Assembly: GCF_000143415.4 (NCBI RefSeq)
Contig: NW_003314311.1
Coordinates: 209,785 to 222,581 of the forward strand
Origin: Selaginella moellendorffii
Lineage: Eukaryota; Plantae; Lycopodiophyta
Reading direction: 5' to 3'
Length of the DNA stretch: 12,797 nt
A model generated the notes under the pieces. It saw only the letters and a list, made by a program, of their open reading frames with translations, made no database searches and had not been told where the DNA came from. A program made the position numbers and the translations under genes. How positions within the stretch are numbered: the stretch's first letter is position 1; each line of letters starts with the position of its first letter. This document shows, in pieces, positions 1 through 10,911 of this stretch.

Positions 1-1907
1 TCTTTTGACATCCTACCCCTCAGATCAAGCCCAGTCAAAAGTAAATTGGACCTGCCAAATGTTAATTTTAATATGTGGTATGATTCCTTTAAGCCAACCA
101 ACAGAGTCGAACCCGAAACCCCCTTTGATACCAAATATAACCTTTTGTATTTAAACTTTCTAGAAGGTTATTCAACTCAATAAAGACACTTAACCCCAAA
201 TATCCCAAGACCCTTAATTGATTGAAAAAGGGGGTGCATTTTGTTCATAGGCCCTTTTTTTTTAATATATTTGAACCTCATGAATCATCTCTCAAGTCGT
301 TTTCTTTGGTTGGTTATAGGGATGTCACACCAAACTTCTCTAGCCATAGGATATTAATTGTGGCCTCACCTACAACAATCGTGGCATCTTCCATGATCAC
401 TGATACTTCACTCAACCACCAAATTCTTGTGAGCCTTTATGACTCCATTCACTACTTTGGAGACTCTTCCCTCTATGCTCTAGGGGCTCTAGACATTGCC
501 ACACACAGTTGAGCTCTAGATTTCCTCATTTTGGTAATGTTATTCACTTTGGGCCTACATAACATCATACATTAGAGGGAGATATGGCCAGATTTTGCAG
601 CATCTTTGGCCTCTTTCAAGACTCTTTGGGACCTCCTAGCATAGGCTCAATCACTACTCAATCCATGCAATTCCAATGAGGCAAGCCCTTTCATGAGGGA
701 AAACTTGTGATGCTCCAAGATTTTGCATCACCCATAAAGTTTTCCCCTAGGTGGCTTAGTCCATTCTTCATCAAGAAACACATTGAAGGTGGTGTTTACA
801 TCCTTATAGTGAGGTAGGCCAGAAGTCGCCACACACTCACAACCATCACCACCTTAAGATCTTTTGGCAGTATTTCACTCTCTTTTTCTTTTGTTTCTTT
901 TATTTTTCTTTCTTTTCTTCTGCTTTCATCTCTTCGTTGTCATATCAAAGATGTGATTCTTAGGATGGAGTAAGCACGAGCCTGGAGTTTCATCATAAGG
1001 CTGCATTAACTCCTCTCATCTGGGAGCTCATCCATTTCACAATTTACTTTTTACGGTTCTTGGGTTTTTTTAACATGATTTCATTCCATCTATCGTCAAT
1101 ATCACTCTCCATAACTCACAGACACAATCCATTCATTTTGCTACTTGTTACACCATTGTTTATCACTCACTACAATTGCCTAGTTCACATTTCTTCACTT
1201 TTCTCACCATGTACGCATGATCTAGGGATCCAATTATGTCACTCTATTTATCATCACCATACACAGCAAATGCATCAAAAAGCAGCAAAATCTAACGTGC
1301 CAAACTCAAAATATAACACAGACTATCTCAATGCAACAGGTCTAGGCAAATCTAGGACACTTAACAACTGATTTCTAAGAGTTGGTTGGATTTGATGAGC
1401 ATAAGAAACTAGGCATTACTTTGGATGAACATTTATCCAATCCCACATTTCTACAGCAACAGGACACAGTGATCTCAACAGATGTTTGCAAAGATTGCAA
1501 GCTTTTTCTTCTTCTGTGACAAGCACACATGCTGCCAACCACTTCAGCCATTATCACTCCATTATAATCAACCATCACTGTCCATCTATTAGGCTGCTGT
1601 CTTCCATTATTCTTGCAGTTACCATTCTTGAGCAACACATTCACTTCCATCACTTCATTCCCTTGGAACTTTGAGAGCAATTGGACTATGTTTGAGGCAC
1701 TTTCTAGAGGTGAAGAGGCTTTAAATTGGAGTCCAGATAAGTGGTTCTCCTATTTAGTCTCATGTTTCCATCTTCTCTTTTCTATTTTTTCTTTTTCTTA
1801 ATCTTTTTTTCTTTTTTCTTTGTTTCAATTTCACTTGTCTTTTTTGTAACTGAACTAGTCTGGTTCAGCAGCACACCAAACTTGCCTAATTCCCTATGAA
1901 TATGTAT

Positions 1908-2010
1908 GCCCACCATTCCTCACTTCACCCACCTCACCCACCTAGCTCCTCACTCACCCACCAAGCTCCTCACTTCATCCATCTCACCCATCTACCTGCC
2001 CAACTCCTCA
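1908..2010 (+). repeat. Degenerate C-rich tandem repeat (CTCACCCAC / CTCCTCAC units)
   Basis: Repeated cctcacccacc, ctcctcact and ctcacccatc units run up to the N-gap. The reverse-complement motif AGGTGGGTGAGG occurs in the other arm at ~3714-3725. Confidence 0.75.
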
Positions 2011-2110
2011 NNNNNNNNNNNNNNNNNNNNNNNNNNNNNNNNNNNNNNNNNNNNNNNNNNNNNNNNNNNNNNNNNNNNNNNNNNNNNNNNNNNNNNNNNN
2101 NNNNNNNNNN
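2011..2110. other. Assembly gap / masked run (100 N)
   Basis: N run. Confidence 0.99.
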
Positions 2111-3088
2111 AATTTCTTCAATTTTAGGATAATCTCATTTATCAATATGCTCAAGTGTATATATTTGATGGTGAAATGTGCTTGTGTATTATCCAAGTGT
2201 GTCATGGCACTCTAGCAATAGAACACTTTGGTGTTTACAAGACATTATAATTTTTTGCCCCATATACATAAGTATGTTAAACACTTTATCCATATTGACA
2301 ATATGTATTAATGGACTAAGATGCCTTAATATACTTTGTTTGGTCTTTTCCAACACTTTTATTTTACTCCAGGGCCTTGCAATTCCTTTTGTTATGGTCG
2401 ATTGACAATTTTATATCAGAGAGTTTAACACAAATCCATATTTTCTTCTCAAAATCCAAGTACAATTGTAAATCTTCCTATCAAATTGGTTGAAGGAAAA
2501 GTGAGAGAAAGCTAAAATTGTAGAGCTACTCACATATCTAGAGCACATTTTTCAGCACAAATGACAATGAACTCTTGATGAGCTAGATTCATGTGACAAT
2601 CATTCTTCAAATTTACTTATGGATGGTAAATATAGTTATTATTAGTGATAAGTAAGAATATTAATAGTTACTAGAAAACTAGAGTTAAAATCACAATTTT
2701 TAGATTAAAGAATATCCTAAAATATGCCTGAATAATCTTGGTATAGTCCTTATACCCTCTAGAAACAAAAATTGGTCATTAAATAAAATCTTATATACAA
2801 TCTATTGTTCATTGTATAAAATAATTTAGTAAAAGAAAAGTTGTAGATCTTAAAAAGGATCTAAAATCTAACTAGTGATATGTTATTTAACTGATTTTTC
2901 TCATTTATAAATAGAAATATAAATTATTGGGTAATTGGGATTATATATGCAATAAAATATAGGAAATTTAGCAAATCTTTTGTATATGAGTCCATTGAGG
3001 CTCTTAATTGTTTCCCAATCTTTCCTTGTCTGAAGAATCAGAGCATTCCACTAATTCTTTTAATTGTGGTGCTAGTAACACGATGATG

Positions 3089-3901
3089 TGTGACCACAAT
3101 TTTAACTCTAGTTTTCTAGTAATTATTAGTATTTTTACTTATCACTAATAATGACTATATTTATCATCTATAAGTAAATTTGAAGAAGGATTGTCACATG
3201 AATCTAGTTCATCAAGAGTTCATTGTCACTTGAGTTGAAAAATGTGCTCTAGATATGTGAGTAGCTCTACAATTTTAGCTTTCTCTCATTTTTCCTTCAG
3301 GAAGATTAACAATTGTACTTGGATTTTGAGAAAAAAAATATGGATTTGTGTTAAACTCTCTGATATAAAATTGTTAATCGACCATAACAAAAGGAATTGT
3401 AAGGCCCTGGAGTAAAATAAAAGGGTTGGAAAAGACCAAACAAAGTATATTAAAGCATCTTGGTCCATTAATACATATTGTAAATATGGATAAAGTGTTT
3501 AACATACTTATGTATATGGGGCATAAATTATAATGTCTTGTAGACACCAAAGTGTTCTATTGCTAGAGTGCCATGGCACACTTGAATAATACACAAGTAC
3601 ATCTCACCATCAAGTATATACACCTGAGCATATCGATAAAGGAGATTATCCCAAAATTGAAGAAATCAATACTTGCTATATTAGGTTGGAGACACTTATA
3701 GAAATTGCCAATTAGGTGGGTGAGGCAAGATGGGCAAGTGGACAAGACATGTGGGTGGGTGNNNNNNNNNNNNNNNNNNNNNNNNNNNNNNNNNNNNNNN
3801 NNNNNNNNNNNNNNNNNNNNNNNNNNNNNNNNNNNNNNNNNNNNNNNNNNNNNNNNNNNNNNNNNNNNNNNNNNNNNNNNNACCAGATTAGTTTGGCTAC
3901 A
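3089..3901 (-). repeat. Right arm of inverted repeat 1, contains a 120-N gap
   Basis: Reverse complement of 1845-2695. On the minus strand it reads TGTAGCC...TGTGGTCACA. The spacer between the arms is ~400 bp of AT-rich sequence, and 2111-3761 is gap-free. Confidence 0.9.
3762..3881. other. Assembly gap / masked run (120 N)
   Basis: N run. Confidence 0.99.
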
Positions 3902-6793
3902 GGCAAACGGGGTGCATGGGCAAGGAGATAGATGGTGTAGTGCACAGTTTTTACCCTATAATGATTTATTATAGGATAACCACAGAATGAAATCTTAACT
4001 CTTGGATACATGGGTAAAGAGTAGTGGAGTGGAACTCAAGTTTCAAGGCTTTTAAGCCACTGAATGAAAGGATAGAACCAAACTCTCAAGCATATAACCA
4101 AAAAGCAAAAGGATAAAAGCACAGAGGGATATAAGAATAGTCTTAGAGTATATAACAACCCAATGTTAAGACTAATATACAAAATAGAGCCAAATGATGG
4201 AGTCTTCAGCATACCAATAGCCTAACACAACAATATAGGTATTCCACAAATTAGTATAGGCTTAGACCCAAACCAAATGTAGACTAAGGATAGACATGCC
4301 CAACAAGGAACTAAACTATGTCTTAGATTAGTCAGCTATACTTGACCTACCCACTATCCCTTCTTACATTTAATGACCGATGTTAAGTCTAGTTTACTAA
4401 TAATTGAACTAAGTATTTCAATTAAGTTATCATCCGATAAAACTAGTATAGTATAAGTCTTTAGCAATATAAGGTGCAAATACACACCTCAAGCTTTGTA
4501 TATGTTATACATTTTATGCATCTAAATGCCAATGTCGTAGAAACCACCAAGATCATAGTTTAAAGATATAGAATATATCATTTAAGAAAATTCAATAGCA
4601 AGTATATAATTAATAAAACTTAAAGAAAATACTTAATGACTAAATATTGTAGATAGTATGCTAAGTACAAAAAGGACACAAGTATCATTAATGGAAAACA
4701 TCCTAATCTATTAGAACCAACAGTAGTAATAATCATTATAACATAATGAATATTGCAAGGGTCAAAAAACACCTATATATGCTAATTATTATACTAGCCA
4801 GTTTGAATAAATCTCAGTCAATAATATAAAAAAACCTTGAGTTACATAAGCAAGTGTTAGCAACATTCTATTGATTTTTCAAACTCAAAAGACCAATCTA
4901 AATTAAACCACGAAAAACATATGGCAATACAGAAAGCTAGAAGCTATCAAGATAACAATTAACTATCACGAAAATTATCTATCATTCCATCAATAGAGAT
5001 GCACAATCATTATTGAATAACAATCCATCATCTCAAATAATAGCAAATCATCCAACATCAATAATAATTAAGCAAGACCTCAACTATCTTAGATAATAAT
5101 TAATTATCACATTGATTGTTAGATGTAAACCCCAATTTAAACATCAAAACTAATGAGCCAAAATACTTTCCCCAACAACTTTTAGCAAATGAAATAATGA
5201 GTATAAGACCTCAAGGACCAAGAGCTTAAAAACATTTATAGCTAAGTCTCATATCATAATAATCATGAGTCTTGCATCAACTAATTTCAATGCTAAAGAA
5301 GAATTCATAATGCAACCTATAATATTCTTCTTGATACATCCATAAGCTAAATTTCATAATGCAAAAGCTAATAAAGTATTTGCATCAATCCAAAAGTTAA
5401 GCATGACAAAATTATACTTAATAAGTGATCTCCAAACCGATCCTTTATAAATCCATCTTTTATAACAAACATAACTCAGTTTATAATAAAATTCATCAAT
5501 GATCCATGTAATCATAGAACAAGACAAACATGCATAGTAGGGAGCCAAAGTTTGTCTCAAGTTGGTCAGCTATATAATTTATTAACTATCCCCTACTATA
5601 CATTTGAAACCCCTTACAATAACCAAACCAACCCCCCCCCCAAATCCTAACTCAAACCCAATAAAGAATTAGAATTTTAATTGATCATTATATCTTTCTT
5701 TTGCAAGTCCATAATTAAATCACTTTTCAAAGAAAAGCTAAACCGCAACCCTTACTAAAAAAATTTCTAATTCAACCTGCCACTCAATTTATTTGAATGC
5801 CAATACAATTGTTAATTAGCTATAGCATACAAATACCAATAACACAAATATATGGCCAAACTATCAATAACATCTTCATCAAAACTAGCTAAATAAAATG
5901 TGAATCTATAATGAATTGAACTAATAACCAACCATCTAAATCACTATAAATAAAAAAAATTTATTGTCGTAGAGTCTAACTAAATACAAAGTGTAATTTA
6001 CCACTATGCATAATGCTATAGAAAAAAGGTATAAGAGTCATCTTTCTAAAAAAGCACAATGACCACTTTTTTACTCTAACTCTAGCCTCTATTTAATTAT
6101 TTTAGCCCCAAAAGTTAGCACCCTTTTTAGGTTGCATCATACAAAATACTCACTAAAATCTAAGCTAACTAAAGTCAACTTTTTCTTCACTAGTTTATAA
6201 TGGTTTTCAGGCAAAATGATTAATAGATTAATAATTCACAACGAAGACCAGATGCTAATGGCAAAATTAAAACTATAGTAATGAACAAGAGTGTGTGCAA
6301 GCAAGGGCAACACTAAGAATTAAGTTTTGGGTAGTTCATTAATGATTTTTTCATTATGTGCATTTGTATGTAGGAAGAAGTTAGTTGAGTCTTGAAAATT
6401 TGCATTCCTAGATTTAGAGTCATTTTTTATCTGAGATGGAAACTTTTTAAAAAAAACCTAAATTTTTCCAATAGCTAAACTCCCACTTTTGTTACTACCA
6501 TCCTTGAATCATCCTTCTCAATTGTTGAAAATTTCTATAAAGAATTGCTATGAAATATTTTTGAATCTTGACCCTAATTCTTGGTGTAGGTTGTTGAAAT
6601 CTCTCAATCTCTCATTAGCTTTATGCTCTACTTATTGCTACTTATTGCTCAGTGCCTCTACACAGCCTAGTGTCTTGATGCAACACCTCAAACATTTAAT
6701 GTATCCACTCTAGAAACCATAGCTATCAAGCTATAAGTGGCAAGCAATATTAAAGAGAGAAATGATAAAAGGCAATATATAGGAGGTAATTAC

Positions 6794-7130
6794 CTCTGCT
6801 GATACGAGGCAAAATCCTTCCAGACCATGACAGTCGTTGGTCACTTTTTGACTCCATTTGCAAATGTGAAGTGCATCTTGTTGGGGAAAGACTCTGTTGC
6901 TCGCACCTAGGACCACAGCAATTGCATTAAAACTTAGGGGTGAAAACAAAGAAAGAAAGAACAGCTCGCTTACCAGATTGATTTCAGCCAGTTCCAGGGA
7001 ATTTTTCTTGCGGGGAAGAAGAGAAACTGTACACACGCGGCCGTCACTGTCGCTTGAGTTTGTACTTCTCAATCATTTGCCACTCACCTTGTCACTTTGC
7101 TGAGGAAAACAATATTCGCGAATCGGCCAT
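6794..7130 (-). pseudogene. Putative spliced gene remnant of unknown product
   Basis: Consistent minus-strand splice signals: donor AAG|GTGAGT at 7087, pyrimidine tract with CAAG acceptor at 7007, donor CTG|GTAAGC at 6973, pyrimidine tract with CCTAG acceptor at 6907, and donor GAG|GTAATT at 6793. The ATG at 7130 meets TGA after 12 codons. No family recognised. Confidence 0.35.
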
Positions 7131-7180
7131 GCAGATTATAATACTAAAATCCCTGAAAAGCGCGGAAGAACCCTAAGGCG

Positions 7181-7809
7181 ATGCGCTTTCTCGATACTGT
7201 GGAGCTCAAGAAGCATGTGGCGGCTCTCAAGTTCCATACTGATGTAATCCGAAAACTGCTGCGCCAAGAACTTCCTGACTTGGAGGCACTTGTTTCTTTT
7301 TCCGCCGAGTGCCCACCCATTTGTTTCCCAGGAACATATACATATTTGAAAGCTCGGGTGATTGCTCTGGAGAAGGAGCTCTCGAAAGGCTTACATTCTA
7401 AGAAGCTTGAGTGATCCTTGGTCAGTTTTTTCCAATTCTAGAGAAATGCCTCGTGGAGTTACACGCCAAACTCGTACTCAGCGACTGCTGTGCGCGTTCG
7501 CAAGAAGAATGGCTGGTTCCGGGAGTCTCTCTACTCGGTTGAGCAGCTGATAGAGAGGTGCACTCCAGGCGAGGTTTTGAGCATCAGACAAGCTTACAAA
7601 CGACTGGAAACACTCTTACTGAGAACGGTTTCACTTTCCCATTCTTCCGGCTTCTTCCAGCTGCTTGCCAAGAAATCATCGGCTGGAATGAAACTGTCCC
7701 TCGAGGGTGCGCATCAAATCTTCGTTACTCTGGTTCTAAATCGCAGGATGCCGTCATGGAACTCGTTGGAGCGCTGCGGATGCTAGCATTCAAGAGTTCA
7801 ATTAATTAA
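7181..7809 (+). pseudogene. Broken ORF of unknown family (about 200 aa ancestral frame), copy 1
   Basis: ORFs 7181-7414 and 7490-7786 are in the same frame, and the stop between them lies inside an inverted 57-bp block. A 28-bp deletion relative to copy 2 shifts the frame into ORF 7558-7809 (ENGFTFPFF). Shared peptides with copy 2 are VIA.EKELS, FRESLYSV.QLIERCT and KRLETLL. Confidence 0.55.
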
Positions 7810-8822
7810 TAGATGGTAAAAAATAAAATGGTAAAAGAAAAGGTGTATTGAAAGTAAGATCTTGCCTTTAAATAAAAATTAAGACTTTGCTCAACCTTTA
7901 CGAGTTAATAGTCATTATTATTTACCTCACATTTACTTTAATGAGTTTCTTTTTTTAGTAGCTTAAACAATTTATAGCCGTCGGATTAAGAAATATATCT
8001 AAAGGCTAGTGTTTAGGGTAAGTTTTGAGGGGGCTGGTTTGCTGTTGGCGGCGGCGCTGGGAGGAGGAGGCGTTTTTTTTTTTCTCAAACCATCAAAATG
8101 CACACTGGTGGGGTGCCCATTCTCAACGTGGCTACTCAGTATTCGTTTTGGGCTGTCGCTACTGTTTTGTACAGTACGTTGAGGCGGCCAAAGCGAGAGG
8201 AAGTCGGGGAATCGAAGCCCCCGGCTGCCCCACACTTGAATGTAGGATTTTCGATTGTGTGAAACTACTAACAAGCAGGATCGAAGACCAGCTACCCAGC
8301 CCTCTTTTGGGGATTTCCTCTTTGAGGAGAACCCCTCCGAAACAAAAAACGAAGAAGCATTCCGCTCGTTTTTTTGGTCTCGAAACGGTGTCTGTCTTGT
8401 TGCTTGACAAGGATTAGGGTTCACGGGCGTTTCCCAGCGCATCCCCTCTCGCCAGCAGCTTCTTCCGCTCGATCCCCAAGTCTTCAAGCCCACCGACGAT
8501 AAAAAAAAAACAGCAATTCACATCGATCCAATCAACAGTTTCAAGCATTGCCAAATCCAAAGTTGGAGGGAACATGATCAAGAACTCCTCGTGTGCAAGG
8601 CCTCCCTGCAAGCTTGATAAACAACAAAGAACAGGGAACTACAAACCATAAGAACACTTCATATTCGCGAACTTCAGTGTCTTCCGATTGCTCATGACCC
8701 CTAAAGGAGCGGCAGAGACAAGATCACCGGGATTTCGTCGAGCTTGTAGCTGATCTTCATCATACCATGGACGGCCATGAATTTCTGGTATCATACCCCT
8801 CTCTCGCCTAACCATTGCTCAT

Positions 8823-9009
8823 NNNNNNNNNNNNNNNNNNNNNNNNNNNNNNNNNNNNNNNNNNNNNNNNNNNNNNNNNNNNNNNNNNNNNNNNNNNNNN
8901 NNNNNNNNNNNNNNNNNNNNNNNNNNNNNNNNNNNNNNNNNNNNNNNNNNNNNNNNNNNNNNNNNNNNNNNNNNNNNNNNNNNNNNNNNNNNNNNNNNNN
9001 NNNNNNNNN
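8823..9009. other. Assembly gap / masked run (187 N); the opposite arm predicts content similar to the reverse complement of 9631-9791
   Basis: N run flanked on both sides by sequence matching the right arm. Confidence 0.95.
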
Positions 9010-9060
9010 CCGGTATGTGCTAGATTTAGATGTAACTAGTATTAACAAATATCCGTGGAT

Positions 9061-9287
9061 TGGATCTCATGCATTACAACAGAGAAGGATGAAGCTGCTT
9101 CCTTAGAAAAGAAAAACGTGAGAGAAAGACACAGACACTAGAGGTTATCTAGTATATTTTCTAATTGCAAATCATTTTATTGTCGATTTTTTATCGAATC
9201 AATATATCTAGACTTCATCCAAGTATCGCTTGCTTTATATTTCTTGCTCTTCCAACATCGGTTTCAGTTTTATATTTTAGTGTTAAT
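9061..9287 (+). repeat. Direct repeat of the folD pseudogene 3' end and downstream flank (copy of 12571-12796)
   Basis: GCATTAC.ACAGAG.AGGATGAA.CTGCTTCCTTA.AAAAGAAAAA.GTGAGAGAAAGACA...AATCAATATATCTAGACTTCATCC...TATATTTTAGTGTTAAT occurs in both places, each copy with its own ~11-bp insertion. Confidence 0.92.
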
Positions 9288-9866
9288 CTTCATTCCAGTA
9301 AGTTTTCTTTTAATTCTAAGGCTGCTTTGACAAGTTCCTCCAGAGGGCAAGATGGTTTTTAAGTAAGTTTTTTCAAAGAGTTTCTATTGATCTTATACTC
9401 TGCACGGCTGTGCCTTGCAGAGCTGAGGTAGCTTTTAGGGACATGCCAAGGATGTGATCCTTCCTGTAAGGCGCAAGTGGATCTTCATGTATATATATCG
9501 TGCAACTCAAATTATCCAGGTAACTCTCAATTTTGTCATGAGTCAAGAGACAGGCAGGTTCTCAGCACTTTGTACTTTGACCAGTCGATATTTGTTAATA
9601 CTAGTTAAATCTAAATCTAGCACATACCGGACAGTACCGAACGATTTACCCATGCTCTTGGGATCTGCCTCCAGAACTCGACGCTGCTAGGAAATTAACT
9701 GCAAATCGAAAATCCGACACATTCATCTCAGGCAGGACAAGGAAAGTGAAGTTGGAAACTTACCAGGATTAAGTCGTGGCACTGATCTAACGAGCAATGC
9801 TTAGGCAAGAGAGGGGTATGATACCAGAAATTCATGGCCGTCCATGGTATGGTGAAGATCAGCTAC

Positions 9867-9938
9867 AAGCTCGATGAAATGCTGATCCTGTCTCTGCCGC
9901 TCCCTACCCTAGCTAGATCCAAAGAGAAACGCTCCTTG
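9867..9938 (+). pseudogene. Possible eroded F-box motif fragment
   Basis: KLDEMLILSLPLPTLARSKEKRSL resembles the F-box pattern LPDE-LxxILSxLPxxxLxRxxxVCKxWRSL with several short deletions. The left-arm copy (~8700-8745, minus strand) is further deleted. Recognised by eye only. Confidence 0.35.
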
Positions 9939-10911
9939 AGGGGTCATGAGCAATCGGAAGAAACTGAAGTTCGCGAATATGAAGTGTTCTTATGGTTTGT
10001 AGTTCCCTGTTCTTTGTTGTTTATCAAGCTTGCAGGGCGGCCTTGCACACAACAAGTTTTTGATCATGTTCCCTCCAACTTTGGATTCGGCAATGCTTGA
10101 AAATGTTGATTGAATCAAGGTGAATTTTCCCCAGCTTTCTCTGTGGGCTTGAAGACTTGGGGATCGAGCGGAAGAAGCTGCTGGCGAGAGGGGATGCGCT
10201 GGGAAACGCCCGTGAACCCTAATCCTTGTCAAGCAACAAGACAGACACTGTTTCGAAGACCAAAAAAACGAGAGGAATGCTTCTTTGTTTTTTGTTTCGG
10301 AGGGGTTCTCCTCAAAGAGGAAATCCCCAAAAGAGGGCTGGGTAGCTGGTCTTCGATCCTGCTTGTTAGTAGTTTCACACAATCGAAAATCCTACATCTA
10401 AGTGTGGGGCAGCCGGGGGCTTCGATTCCCCGACTTCCTCTCGCTTTGGCCGCCTCAACGTACTGTACAAAACAGTAGCGACAGCCCAAAACGAATACTG
10501 AGTAGCCACGTTGAGAATGGGCACCCCACCGGTGTGCATTTTGATGGTTAGAGAAAAAAAAAACGCCTCCTCCCAGCGCCGCCGCCAACAGCGAAACCCA
10601 GCCCCCTCAAGACATACCCTAAACACTAGCCTTTAGATATATTTCTACAGCGTCTCAAATTAAATCCGACGGCTATGAATTGTTTAGATCTAAGCTACTG
10701 AAGCATTATGCAAAATGCATGGTTAAATAAAGAAACTCATTAAAGTAAATGTGATAATAACTATTAACTCATAAAGGCTGGAGCAAAGTCTAATAGTGAT
10801 TAATTTCTAGTTTAAAGCGGAAATAACCAAACAAGATCTTAATGTCTACTTTTTTTACTTTTAATTTTTTTTTAAACTTTTTAATTTCACCTAAACCACC
10901 ATCTATTAAAT

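Larger units (their letters stand above)
1845..2695 (+). repeat. Left arm of inverted repeat 1; ~0.85 kb TG...CA-bounded repeat (solo-LTR-like or foldback arm), contains a 100-N gap
   Basis: 2112-2691 is the reverse complement of 3099-3666 (hand alignment: ~31 substitutions, two 1-bp indels and one 12-bp indel, ~94-95% identity). The outer end TGTAACTGAACTAGTCTGGT (1845-1864) pairs with ACCAGATTAGTTTGGCTACA (3882-3901) at 16/20, all four mismatches transitions. The arm ends ...TCACA at 2695. Confidence 0.9.
1845..3901. mobile_element. Transposon-derived structure: two oppositely oriented LTR-like repeats or a non-autonomous foldback/long-TIR element
   Basis: TG...CA termini with short imperfect terminal inverted repeats on each arm, transition-dominated decay and no coding capacity. 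No convincing TSD, PBS or PPT was found, so the class is unresolved. Confidence 0.45.
7140..9053 (+). repeat. Left arm of inverted repeat 2 (~1.9 kb, includes a 187-N gap); outer boundary approximate (7140-7240)
   Basis: Collinear reverse-complement match to 9587-~11650: 9010-9053 to 9587-9630 (43/44), 8084-8493 to ~10143-10553 (~98%), and 7242-7770 to ~11125-11618 with many indels. Confidence 0.93.

Noticed and set aside
1840-3906. Target-site duplications, PBS or PPT for the LTR-like arms
   Set aside because: Left arm flanks TTTTT/ATTTT are low complexity and imperfect, right arm flanks TGATG/GGCAA do not match, and no TGG-starting PBS or correctly placed purine tract was seen.
1168-3942. 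CACTACA ... TGTAGTG as CACTA transposon ends
   Set aside because: Only 7 bp are complementary, with no matching 3-bp TSD or subterminal repeats.
1896-4011. ORFs spanning N runs (also 8777-9106)
   Set aside because: They are open only because N codons cannot be stops.
5354-5560. IIDEF as the Walker B motif of a Helitron Pif1-like helicase
   Set aside because: It is an isolated short match with no Walker A or other helicase motifs nearby.
4331-5605. Degenerate ~45-bp direct repeat (GTCAGCTATA...ACTATCCC...TACATTT) at ~4331 and ~5565
   Set aside because: Too short and gapped to separate from chance in AT-rich DNA.
8413-8423. Telo-box-like TTAGGGTTC (also GAACCCTAA at ~7168 and ~10214)
   Set aside because: It is one mismatch from AAACCCTA and no intact downstream gene supports a promoter call.
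7999-8493. Overlapping ORFs of 83-164 aa on both strands (and mirror ORFs at 9990-10626) as real CDSs
   Set aside because: Several frames are open in GC-rich sequence, the frames differ between the near-identical copies because of indels, and no domain is recognisable.
9010-9040. CTAGT as a Helitron 3' terminus
   Set aside because: No convincing GC-rich hairpin lies just upstream, judged using the right-arm copy.
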